This document shows positions 1 to 7,902 of a DNA stretch of 64,000 nt, piece by piece. The position numbers were made by a program, and so were the translations under genes. Numbering within the stretch: position 1 is the stretch's first letter; every line of letters starts with the position of its first letter. Source of the DNA: a virus (lineage: Duplodnaviria; Caudoviricetes); IMG/VR virus record IMGVR_UViG_3300012942_000002, positions 5,772-69,771 of that record; one strand, given 5' to 3'. Under the pieces are notes generated by a model. It did no database searches. It saw only the letters and a list, made by a program, of their open reading frames with translations, and was not told the DNA's origin.

Positions 1-1
1 C

Positions 2-166
2 GGCGGACTTTACTGGTGCGAATCTTGCCAGGCGTATTTCCATATCCATGCGTTCGAGGGATACTTCGGCGCGTACGACCGCGTCTGGCGGTACGCAACC
101 AAGCCACGGATGATCTGGTTCTGGGTCACCGGCCGAGTCCGATGGCGAGAGATCTGGAGGCAATAG
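2..166 (+). CDS. hypothetical protein, 5'-truncated by window edge
   Basis: Open frame GGLYWCESCQAYF...REIWRQ* ends at TAG 164-166, just before the next start. Confidence 0.5.
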   Translation, partial: GGLYWCESCQAYFHIHAFEGYFGAYDRVWRYATKPRMIWFWVTGRVRWREIWRQ

Positions 167-168
167 CA

Positions 169-636
169 ATGGAGCTCGACTACAACTGGGAGCCCGGACA
201 AAACGACAGTCGTGCCCGTCGCTGGGTTCGACGAGTGGCGTTCGTCCTGGGGCTCGTCATCATGGTCTGGGTCGTCGCGCTGATCAGCGGCGGAGACGCC
301 AACGCCGACAAGGGCGACGAGGAGGGGCAGCTGCCCCAGGCATCCTCGACCTATCGGCCCGAGAACCCGCTCAAGCCGATGGAGTGGAACGACGACCGTC
401 TGTACATGACTGCCGGCATCGTCGACCTCGGGTGGCGACACGCCATCAACGCGAAGCGCGACGACCTGTGCTCGCTGATGAAGACCGGCTATCACGAGAA
501 GGCGGCGCGCTCCATCCTTGAGGGCGAAGCGGCCGATGCGTACAAGAGGTCGTTCGAGCTGGACAAGATCGGCGAAGGTATCGACTGGTACTTCGCTGCG
601 GAACTCCTGGAGGTTAAGTGCTTGCGTCGACTCTGA
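169..636 (+). CDS. membrane-anchored hypothetical protein
   Basis: GGAGG at 156-160 then ATG 169; hydrophobic segment VAFVLGLVIMVWVVALI. Confidence 0.7.
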   Translation: MELDYNWEPGQNDSRARRWVRRVAFVLGLVIMVWVVALISGGDANADKGDEEGQLPQASSTYRPENPLKPMEWNDDRLYMTAGIVDLGWRHAINAKRDDLCSLMKTGYHEKAARSILEGEAADAYKRSFELDKIGEGIDWYFAAELLEVKCLRRL

Positions 637-758
637 GCGTGCTGATTGCTGCCGAGGACAGCAGCAAGAGCATCTCGGGCAAGAGCGTCGTCGTGATCGT
701 CATCGTCGCGGCCGTGCTCATCTGGGCCGGTTCCAGCGGATCTGGTCGCGGCCGGTGA
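618..758 (+). CDS. small membrane protein
   Basis: GGAGG 609-613, GTG 618; VVVIVIVAAVLIW; its TGA overlaps the next GTG. Confidence 0.5.
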   Translation: MLASTLSVLIAAEDSSKSISGKSVVVIVIVAAVLIWAGSSGSGRGR

Positions 759-955
759 GTCCGTCGATGACGTTCGGCGGAGAGCCGAACAAGAAGGGTC
801 CGGCCTTCAACGCCAACTATGGCGGAGCGTGCTCGCATTACGAGTGCATCGAGGGTCAGTTCGAAGAGGGCGACCTGATCCGTGCAGACGGAGAGGGCGG
901 CTGGGAGTGCGCTGAGCACAAGGACAACGAGGATGCTCGCAATGCAAAAGGGTGA
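755..955 (+). CDS. small Cys/His hypothetical protein
   Basis: GTGA overlap with upstream gene; CSHYEC...WECAEH. Confidence 0.55.
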   Translation: MSPSMTFGGEPNKKGPAFNANYGGACSHYECIEGQFEEGDLIRADGEGGWECAEHKDNEDARNAKG

Positions 956-1133
956 GTGCCGCACCTCAGGGTGCAAGCGCGTGGCGCAGCGCACCGGCAT
1001 CGTCAAGGGATTCTGCTGTTCCAACTGCAGCATGATCCCCAGCGAGCCGCATGCCGCGATCTGCAACATGATCGAGGAGGTCGGCAATGCAGAGGTCGAA
1101 CTCGGAGACAACATCGTCCTCGGATACAACTGA
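942..1133 (+). CDS. small Cys-rich hypothetical protein
   Basis: MQKGECRTSGC...FCCSNC; GAGG upstream. Confidence 0.5.
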   Translation: MQKGECRTSGCKRVAQRTGIVKGFCCSNCSMIPSEPHAAICNMIEEVGNAEVELGDNIVLGYN

Positions 1134-1347
1134 GCATCCGGGCGACCTCGTGATCTCGGGTGCACCGGGACGCAAGGGTACCTATCTGTACATACAACGG
1201 GGATCGGTTATGCATGCGATCTCTCGATTCATGAACGAGGACGCCGTTGAGGAGTTCCGCAATTGGATCAGAGCGGTCGAGGCTGCCGGCATGAGGATCA
1301 AATGGGTTGGTGATGGCGAAGAAGGGGATAGCGAAGAACAGACGTAA
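1087..1347 (+). CDS. hypothetical protein
   Basis: GAGGAGG 1074-1080 then ATG 1087. Confidence 0.5.
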   Translation: MQRSNSETTSSSDTTEHPGDLVISGAPGRKGTYLYIQRGSVMHAISRFMNEDAVEEFRNWIRAVEAAGMRIKWVGDGEEGDSEEQT

Positions 1348-1819
1348 ACTCGTAGCGCGAGACGGTCTGGTCTGCAAAGGATGCAAGAAGGAATTCCCGA
1401 ATGACCAATTGACCGTGGACCACATTCGCCCTCTGTCCAAGGGCGGACACCCGCGAGCGCTCGGCAATCTCCAGCTCATGTGCGAACCCTGCAACAACGA
1501 CAAGGGCGACGACTGGGATGGCAAGTCGGGCCTCGGAGTCGACGACTGCAACAGGCGGAAGATGACCATCGAGGAACAGGCGCTCAAGTGCCTGGAGGAC
1601 GCGTACGAGTCGGTCGCCACGGCCATGCTGGAAACCCGTGGCACCAAGTCGCTGCCCGAGCTGATCGCGCTCGGCGTGGCGGCAGCAGTGGAAGCAATGC
1701 CGAATGGCTATGTCGGCAACGCTGAACTGGCTGCCCGCATACGGGCGGAGGGATCCACAACGGAGATCTTCGCTCGTGCGGTGGAAGAGAACGACAGCCG
1801 CCTCTTCGGCGGAGAGTAG
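1313..1819 (+). CDS. HNH endonuclease
   Basis: CKGC...VDHIRPLSKGG...NLQLMCEPCN, a canonical HNH motif. Confidence 0.9.
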   Translation: MAKKGIAKNRRKLVARDGLVCKGCKKEFPNDQLTVDHIRPLSKGGHPRALGNLQLMCEPCNNDKGDDWDGKSGLGVDDCNRRKMTIEEQALKCLEDAYESVATAMLETRGTKSLPELIALGVAAAVEAMPNGYVGNAELAARIRAEGSTTEIFARAVEENDSRLFGGE

Positions 1820-1828
1820 GAGCAACAC

Positions 1829-2035
1829 ATGCAGTGGCGAAACGACCGTGAGAAGGCCGTGGGCGTGGGGCTCGGCTTCATCATCACCGGATCCGGCCGA
1901 GACGCGCGGGTCGTCAATCTCGTGTTCGACGAGAAGGACGAGAACCACAACAGCCCGCGACAGGGGCACGTCCGCCCGGCCTCGATGGCCGAGCTGAGCA
2001 TGTGGCAGGTGCTCGTCGGGAACAAGGCTCTGTGA
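1829..2035 (+). CDS. hypothetical protein
   Basis: AGGAG RBS; high GC at third codon positions (GC3). Confidence 0.65.
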   Translation: MQWRNDREKAVGVGLGFIITGSGRDARVVNLVFDEKDENHNSPRQGHVRPASMAELSMWQVLVGNKAL

Positions 2036-2286
2036 GGCCCGTGGCCGACGCGACCAACGCACCGGTCCGCATCTGGGACGGCGGCATCTGGGACTTCGAC
2101 GAGGGCGAGGACTTCGACGAGGGCGAGTGGCCGAAGCTGGCCACCGAGCTCAGGGCTATCGCTCAGATGCTTGGAGGTCACGGCTCTGCGGTCGAGATCA
2201 TCCACCGCAACAAGGACCTATCCATCAAGAGCAAGACATTCCGCTGGCGCTACATCGCCCGCTCCGGATGGAGAGGAGTTCTCTGA
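2032..2286 (+). CDS. hypothetical protein
   Basis: GTGA overlap with upstream stop; coding-like codon usage. Confidence 0.55.
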   Translation: MRPVADATNAPVRIWDGGIWDFDEGEDFDEGEWPKLATELRAIAQMLGGHGSAVEIIHRNKDLSIKSKTFRWRYIARSGWRGVL

Positions 2287-2889
2287 GTGGACTGGGCATG
2301 GGCCACTAGGGAGCCCTCAGGCGGATCCTCCAACGGGATCCAGCGCCTGAGGGCAGAGGAGGATGACGACTTGCACCCGTTCTCCTCCATCACGGCCGTC
2401 GACCCCGGAGGATCGACCGGCATCTGCACGATCTGGTACTGGGAGCAGGGGTTGGCCCAGAAGACGACCCCTCTGCAGAAGTGTCTCCTGGCCTGGCAGG
2501 CAGACTGTCTCAACGGCACGGAGAACGAGCAGACGTTGGCGATCCTGCGCTGGTTCGCCAACCGGTCGTTCAGCCCGGAGCGATCGGACATGGTGATCGA
2601 GGACTTCATCCTCCGGTCCGCCATCAAGGGGCGCGAGCTCCTGTCTCCTGTTCGCATCGGGCACAAGGTGGACTACCAGTTGTGGCGCGGCCTGAAGCTG
2701 GCGAGCGGAGAGCGGGCTCAGTTCGAGCCGTACTGGCAGTCGCCTGGAGACGCGAAGTCCGTCATGACGGACGAGCGACTCAAGCTGATGGCGATGTACA
2801 CACCGGGGCCTGATCACGCACGGGACGCAACCCGTCACGCGATCATGTGGCTCCGCAAGCACAGGGTTGACCTGCTCAAGGCAGCCTAA
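2287..2889 (+). CDS. RuvC-like Holliday junction resolvase
   Basis: AVDPGGSTG, VIEDF and DHARDA acidic catalytic motifs of the RNase H/RuvC fold. Confidence 0.8.
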   Translation: MDWAWATREPSGGSSNGIQRLRAEEDDDLHPFSSITAVDPGGSTGICTIWYWEQGLAQKTTPLQKCLLAWQADCLNGTENEQTLAILRWFANRSFSPERSDMVIEDFILRSAIKGRELLSPVRIGHKVDYQLWRGLKLASGERAQFEPYWQSPGDAKSVMTDERLKLMAMYTPGPDHARDATRHAIMWLRKHRVDLLKAA

Positions 2890-2915
2890 CCGGCCGAGCC
2901 CGCCCGTCTGGTCAT

Positions 2916-2944
2916 TTGCCGGGCGGGCTCTGGCAGGGTAAACT
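2916..2944 (+). promoter_or_regulatory. sigma70-type promoter for the helicase gene, overlapping a hairpin (2896-2930)
   Basis: TTGCCG-17bp-TAAACT; GAGCCCGCCCG/CGGGCGGGCTC inverted repeat. Confidence 0.5.
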
Positions 2945-2995
2945 CTCGAGGTCAGTAAGAACCCGATGAAGAATGCAGAACAGGGAGACAGGGCA

Positions 2996-4831
2996 ATGAC
3001 CCAAGGCGTCTACGAGACCGCAGTCGAGCTCATGAAGGCTGCCGGCATCACGCCTCGTCCGCGACAGCTGGACCTCCTCCAGTTCCTGAGCGACGGAGGC
3101 GCTCGATACGTCCAGGCTCCGACCGGTGTCGGCAAGTCCTTCGCGGCCATCGCTCACGCGGCGGCGAATGCGGAGCTGACGGGCGACCACAGCATCATCA
3201 TCGCCGCCGACAACACCCTGCTGGACCAGTACGCGATGAAGGACCTGCCGCGCATGGCGGAGTCCGGCCTGTTCACGTACGCGGTCGTCAAGGGGCGTCG
3301 CCACTACGCGTGCGCGTCGGCCAACAACGAGGACAGCAAGCCTTACAGGGCCATGCTGGACCTCTGCTTCAGCGTCGACAGGATGCGTGGCCCGGAGCAG
3401 GCCAAGCCGATCGACGGCGTGATCAACCCCTGCAACGGTGGTGGTCGCTGCGTCTCGTGCGCTGGCGACGGTGTGTGCATGCGCGATGACTGCGCTCACG
3501 ACGGCGGCATCTGCTGGGCCAAGCGGGCTCGCCTGCTCTCGCACGAGGCCGACGTTGTCCTCACCAACACCTCCATGTGGCTCGTCAACTCCAAGCTGTA
3601 CGACCAGACCGACGGAGCGGTCCAGCTCATCCCGTTCGGACAGCCGTACGTGGACGAGGCGCAGCAGCTCCCCGAGACCGTACGCAGCTCGCTCGGCTGG
3701 GAGCTGACGCCGACCTCCGGCCGCGTGCTCGGCCCCGACCTGTCCAAGGTCCTCCAGGAGGGCATGAAGGAGGTCGTGGACAAGTACATCGAGAGCGAGA
3801 TCGCCGATGGCCGGTCGGCAGACGCCAAGTCGCCCATGAAGCGCTTCAAGGACCGAGCGCTGAGCGACCAGGAGCGGGCCGAGGTGGTCGCCATCCTGCG
3901 CGGCCTGGAGCACGAGGTCAAGAACGATCCGCGACTGTCCGAGGTCGAGGACCTGGACCCCGACGAGACGGAGACCGCGCTGGGATTCCTCCAGAAGCGC
4001 ATCGACGCGATGCAGGTCTCGGCCAAGGAGGAGTGGGACAAGGGTGCAGCCCTGACCTGGATCGACCCGGCTGGCATCCACTGGGATGTGCTCAACGTCG
4101 GACTCCACGTCCAGGACGCGTGCCGTCGCTGGCAGCCCCGGATGATCTCCGCCACGGTCCCGGCGTCCCTGCCGCGTCGTACCGGGTATCCCGCAGCCAA
4201 GCCGGACTTCATCCCGCAGATGTTCGACTGGAAGAACAGCTGCGAGGGCATCGTGGTGGACGCCGGCATGGACCCCGGCGACTGGCAGAACCGTGGCTGG
4301 TTCGACCAGCGCTGGGAGGTGCTCGCCGAGCACATCGACGCGACCGACGGCGGCGTGCTGATCCTGGCCACGTCCAACGTGGACGCCGACCGTCTGTACA
4401 ACCTGGCCGCCAAGCGGTACCAGGGTCGGCGTCTCGTGCTGTGCCAGGAGCCCGGTAACACGTCCGCGAACCCCGGTCTGGTGAAGGCGTTCAAGGAGGA
4501 CGGCAACGCCATCCTCGTGGGCGTCGAGAGCTTCTGGAAGGGTGTCGACGTGCCGGGCAAGGCGCTCAGCCTGGTCGCCATCTGGAAGCTGCCCTACTCC
4601 GTGCCGACGCTCCTGCACAACGCGATCGGCGGGAAGACGCGAGACATGCAGTTCTCGTACAGCAACGAGTGCATGCACACCAGGCTCGCGCAGGGCATCG
4701 GTCGGCTCCTCCGCAGCGAGACGGACACCGGGAAGATCGTCGTCTGCGACGGCCGGTTCCGACGCGTGCTGCTGCGGGGTCCGATCCCTCAGATGTCCAA
4801 GCACCTGCCGCTCGCCTTCAAGAACGGCTGA
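2996..4831 (+). CDS. DinG/YoaA-like SF2 helicase
   Basis: QAPTGVGKS Walker A, DEAQQL, SAT, Cys cluster, C-terminal SFWKGVDVPGKALSLVAIWKLPY and QGIGRLLRSETDTG. Confidence 0.9.
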   Translation: MTQGVYETAVELMKAAGITPRPRQLDLLQFLSDGGARYVQAPTGVGKSFAAIAHAAANAELTGDHSIIIAADNTLLDQYAMKDLPRMAESGLFTYAVVKGRRHYACASANNEDSKPYRAMLDLCFSVDRMRGPEQAKPIDGVINPCNGGGRCVSCAGDGVCMRDDCAHDGGICWAKRARLLSHEADVVLTNTSMWLVNSKLYDQTDGAVQLIPFGQPYVDEAQQLPETVRSSLGWELTPTSGRVLGPDLSKVLQEGMKEVVDKYIESEIADGRSADAKSPMKRFKDRALSDQERAEVVAILRGLEHEVKNDPRLSEVEDLDPDETETALGFLQKRIDAMQVSAKEEWDKGAALTWIDPAGIHWDVLNVGLHVQDACRRWQPRMISATVPASLPRRTGYPAAKPDFIPQMFDWKNSCEGIVVDAGMDPGDWQNRGWFDQRWEVLAEHIDATDGGVLILATSNVDADRLYNLAAKRYQGRRLVLCQEPGNTSANPGLVKAFKEDGNAILVGVESFWKGVDVPGKALSLVAIWKLPYSVPTLLHNAIGGKTRDMQFSYSNECMHTRLAQGIGRLLRSETDTGKIVVCDGRFRRVLLRGPIPQMSKHLPLAFKNG

Positions 4832-4946
4832 GAAGCCGTAGGAGCCCGCGTAACGAGCGAACTCCGACGGGGTGGGCCAAGGTACCGGACCCACCCCGTT
4901 CGGCCGTTACGCGGCCAGCTAGCCCTCATGCCGGCATCGTAACGGC

Positions 4947-4986
4947 GAAGAGCCCCACTTCCCTTCCGGGAGGCGGGGCTCTTCTT
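4947..4986. terminator. bidirectional hairpin terminator between convergent transcription units
   Basis: GAAGAGCCCC...GGGGCTCTTC inverted repeat followed by TT. Confidence 0.75.
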
Positions 4987-4998
4987 GTTGGTTCGTGA

Positions 4999-5532
4999 CT
5001 ACAGCTCGAAGGTCTCGCTGTACTCCAGCAGCTCGGCCATCTTGCCGAACTTGTCGCCCTGGCGAGCCTTGCGCTTGTCAGTGATGGCGACGTTGCCCTT
5101 GACGAAGGAGCCGAAGAGCATCCGGATCTGGGGCACCCAGGTGTAGGTGTCCAGCATCACGTAGTCCTCCAGGCGAGCCTCCAGCCAGCCGACCGTGGCG
5201 GCGAGCCGGGTCAGAATCTCGTGGGCGTCCTTGGTGCCGGAGACGTTGACCGTCCTCCAGCCCTTGTCGGTGCGGACCGCGAGGCGCAGGCTCTTCGGCT
5301 TGCCGCCGAAGGAGCGATTGTACATGTCGCACTGCTCCTGGGTCGGCCGGAACTCGGTGTCGTTGTACCGAGTGAAGTCCTCCGGGGCGACCGGGAGGCG
5401 GAGGCGCATGGCGTCGACGAAGGCGTTGCGGTCGATCGGGTGGAACCAGCCGTCCGTGTCGCCGATGCCCCGGCTGACGTAGCCGGAGTACGCGGCGGCC
5501 TCGAACTCAGCGGCGGTGGTGATGGCGTTCAT
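4999..5532 (-). CDS. hypothetical protein (orphan early-type cassette)
   Basis: CCCCAAGGAGG RBS and its own early-type promoter. Confidence 0.85.
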   Translation of the reverse strand: MNAITTAAEFEAAAYSGYVSRGIGDTDGWFHPIDRNAFVDAMRLRLPVAPEDFTRYNDTEFRPTQEQCDMYNRSFGGKPKSLRLAVRTDKGWRTVNVSGTKDAHEILTRLAATVGWLEARLEDYVMLDTYTWVPQIRMLFGSFVKGNVAITDKRKARQGDKFGKMAELLEYSETFEL

Positions 5533-5573
5533 GGGGTGCCTCCTTGGGGCTTCCTGTTGTCCTTACAAGAAGA

Positions 5574-5602
5574 ACTTTACCCCATGTCCATGCAGATGGA
5601 AA
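5574..5602 (-). promoter_or_regulatory. early-type promoter
   Basis: TTTCCA-17-TAAAGT with ATGGGG before the -10, near-identical to 40368-40396. Confidence 0.75.
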
Positions 5603-5621
5603 CCTCGATCTGCAAGATTTC

Positions 5622-6275
5622 TTACTCTGGCTCGCCGGGCACGAACGCCGCGTCGTACACCGAGCCGTCGCCCCGGTGGAAGCGAGCCTTGGTTCCGCGC
5701 GACCACTTGTTGATCCACTGGTAGTCGCGCGACCACTTGTTGACCTCGCGGAAGCCGACGCTCGCCATGAACTCGACCATGGCGTCGTAGCCCACGGCGA
5801 TGGTCGGGTCGTCCTTGGTGCAGCACTCGGCGATCACAAGGTCGAACTTGCTCATGTCGGCCGCACCCAGGACTTCGAGCTCCAGCCCTTGCGCGTCGAT
5901 CACGGCCACGTTCGCGTCGCCCTGGATGGAGTCGAGCCGGACCACGCTGACGTCGATGATCCTGTCGAGCCGGTCAGATCGCTGCGGCTCGTGCAGTGTT
6001 GACAGGTTCGTCTTCTGCATGATGTTGAGCGTGGCTGTGGTCGGAGCGGCTCCGCACGCGGCCTCGACGATCGTGATCGACAGGTCGTCCTCGTACCTGT
6101 CGCGCAGGAGCTCTGCCAGCTCGGGGATCGGCTCGACGAGCGTGATGCGCTCGGCTCCGGCCTGCTTGTAGAAGTCGACCTCCTCACCCCGGTGTGCACC
6201 TACGTGGATGATGTGCGTCGGCGTCACATCCAGATTGGTGATCAGACTCGGGAAGTCCACGAACACGCTGCCCAT
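5622..6275 (-). CDS. FkbM-family SAM methyltransferase
   Basis: IIHVGAHRGEE, LVEP, VRLDS, IDAQGLELEVL motifs. Confidence 0.85.
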   Translation of the reverse strand: MGSVFVDFPSLITNLDVTPTHIIHVGAHRGEEVDFYKQAGAERITLVEPIPELAELLRDRYEDDLSITIVEAACGAAPTTATLNIMQKTNLSTLHEPQRSDRLDRIIDVSVVRLDSIQGDANVAVIDAQGLELEVLGAADMSKFDLVIAECCTKDDPTIAVGYDAMVEFMASVGFREVNKWSRDYQWINKWSRGTKARFHRGDGSVYDAAFVPGEPE

Positions 6276-6925
6276 CAGTTGCTCCTTGTTGCCGGGTGAC
6301 GGTCGTAGTCGGCCGGGAAGTCGATGTCGTCCGTCTCGTCGTTTATCTCGATGAAGTACTTCCGCTGCACCTTGTGCCTGTTCAGCGGAGTTCGCTGCCA
6401 GGACCTCAGGAGCATCCAGCCCGGCGGACGAGTGATGGTGCCTTCTGCGCGGAGCTTGTGCACATTGGCGAGGTACTGGTCCATCTGTATGTGGTGCTCT
6501 CCGTACCAGCTGGCAGCGAAGATCTCCCCATACGGAGTGCCGGTGATGCGACTGGGTCCGAACCTTCCGAACACCATGAACTGCCGCTTGGTGAACAGCA
6601 TGATGCGGTCGAGAGCCTGGTCTGTGAAGTACACATCGCCGAGGAGGAGGATGGTTCGCCCCTCGTCGTCCCAGAGATGCCGGCATGCAGCGTACTCGCT
6701 TGGGCGTGGTCCCTGGATGACGTGCCTGGTTGCCGGCAGAACCTGGTATGCGGGGTCGCTGGGTATCAGCACATTGACCTCGTGCCCGTACCGGTTGAGC
6801 TGCTCGATGGTCCGCATGATGAGCGGCTGACCACCGTGGCGAGTGAGCGGGGCGAAGTGCGACGACACACCCAGATGTCGACCCCACTTGCTCTGGCTGC
6901 CGCTGGCAGCGAGGATGACCCTCAT
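6275..6925 (-). CDS. GT-A fold nucleotidyltransferase/glycosyltransferase-like protein
   Basis: VILAASGSQSKWG N-terminus, ILLLGDVYF, DETDDID. Confidence 0.65.
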   Translation of the reverse strand: MRVILAASGSQSKWGRHLGVSSHFAPLTRHGGQPLIMRTIEQLNRYGHEVNVLIPSDPAYQVLPATRHVIQGPRPSEYAACRHLWDDEGRTILLLGDVYFTDQALDRIMLFTKRQFMVFGRFGPSRITGTPYGEIFAASWYGEHHIQMDQYLANVHKLRAEGTITRPPGWMLLRSWQRTPLNRHKVQRKYFIEINDETDDIDFPADYDRHPATRSN

Positions 6926-7860
6926 CCCAGAACCTCTTCCTTGATCTGCAGCAGCCTGTGCCGCCACATGTGTCGTTCAGCCGTCACTGTGAGCGCTGCT
7001 TCACGCATGTCGGCTATGTCTGAGTTGGACAGGCTGTCGATCTTCTCTCCTAGCGAATCGAAGTCGTACCTGTCGAACAGGATCATGTTGTTGTCGTTGT
7101 AGCCGTGCTCCTCCAGGCCAATGGTCCTGGGATATGCGAGCACTCCTCCTCGACCCATGGTTGTCGGAATCCGATCCGACCAGTAGTAGTCCGCAGGCGC
7201 AGAGTCTCCTATCACGACCCTGGCTGCTGCATACAACTGGCTCAGGTCTTCTCCGTAGATCTTGTTGTGTGCACCGTATCGCTGGAATCCGCCTGCGTAT
7301 CTCTTGCTCGCCCATTTCAGGAGCATGGTGCGATGGTCGCCGTGAATCCCTCGGCTGTTGCTTCCCACGAAGACATAGCGCTTCTTGAATCTGCAACGAC
7401 GTGGCAGGGTCGCGAGTCCGAACCAGCGGTCGCCGAATCCAGGCGGCATCCAGAAGTGATTGATACCCCGTTCGGCAAACTCGGACTGGTGTCCTCCGTC
7501 AGCCGTGTAGACGCGCTGGCACGACCACCAAGGATTCTGCTGGATGTTCACCAGCGGCTCTCGCTGCGGAAGGTTCCAGTACAGGTCCATGTGCATCCCG
7601 ACCGTAGGGACTCCGCAGTCCTCGATGCGCCTCAGCATTGCATATGCATCGCCGTGCGGATCGTTGCGATGCGTTCGCAGCCACAGGAAGAGGTCCGCGT
7701 CCTTGGCCTGACGCAGGACCTCTTCCGGATCGGCGGCTTGAGCCGCCTCGTGCACAACGTTCCATCCGAGGCCGACTGCCGACTCCTCAACTTCCCGCTT
7801 CCAGTGGTTGCCACGGAACTCTCTCGGGAAGCCGAGGATGTACAGCTTCAGTTCGGACAT
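6922..7860 (-). CDS. GT-B glycosyltransferase (CgeB/Glyco_trans_1_2-like)
   Basis: YVFVGS...IYGEDLSQLYAAARVVIGDS...YWSDRIPTTMGRGG; ERHMWRHRL. Confidence 0.8.
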   Translation of the reverse strand: MSELKLYILGFPREFRGNHWKREVEESAVGLGWNVVHEAAQAADPEEVLRQAKDADLFLWLRTHRNDPHGDAYAMLRRIEDCGVPTVGMHMDLYWNLPQREPLVNIQQNPWWSCQRVYTADGGHQSEFAERGINHFWMPPGFGDRWFGLATLPRRCRFKKRYVFVGSNSRGIHGDHRTMLLKWASKRYAGGFQRYGAHNKIYGEDLSQLYAAARVVIGDSAPADYYWSDRIPTTMGRGGVLAYPRTIGLEEHGYNDNNMILFDRYDFDSLGEKIDSLSNSDIADMREAALTVTAERHMWRHRLLQIKEEVLG

Positions 7861-7902
7861 AATCGCTCCATTCCCAGGCGGACACCCATCCGCCGTGGGC
7901 TT

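Noticed and set aside
2912-4894. Long antisense ORFs (e.g. 2912-4894 -, 18263-20353 +, 12023-13537 +, 62358-63878 -)
   Set aside because: Shadow frames of high-GC3 genes on the opposite strand, with no RBS or recognisable motifs.
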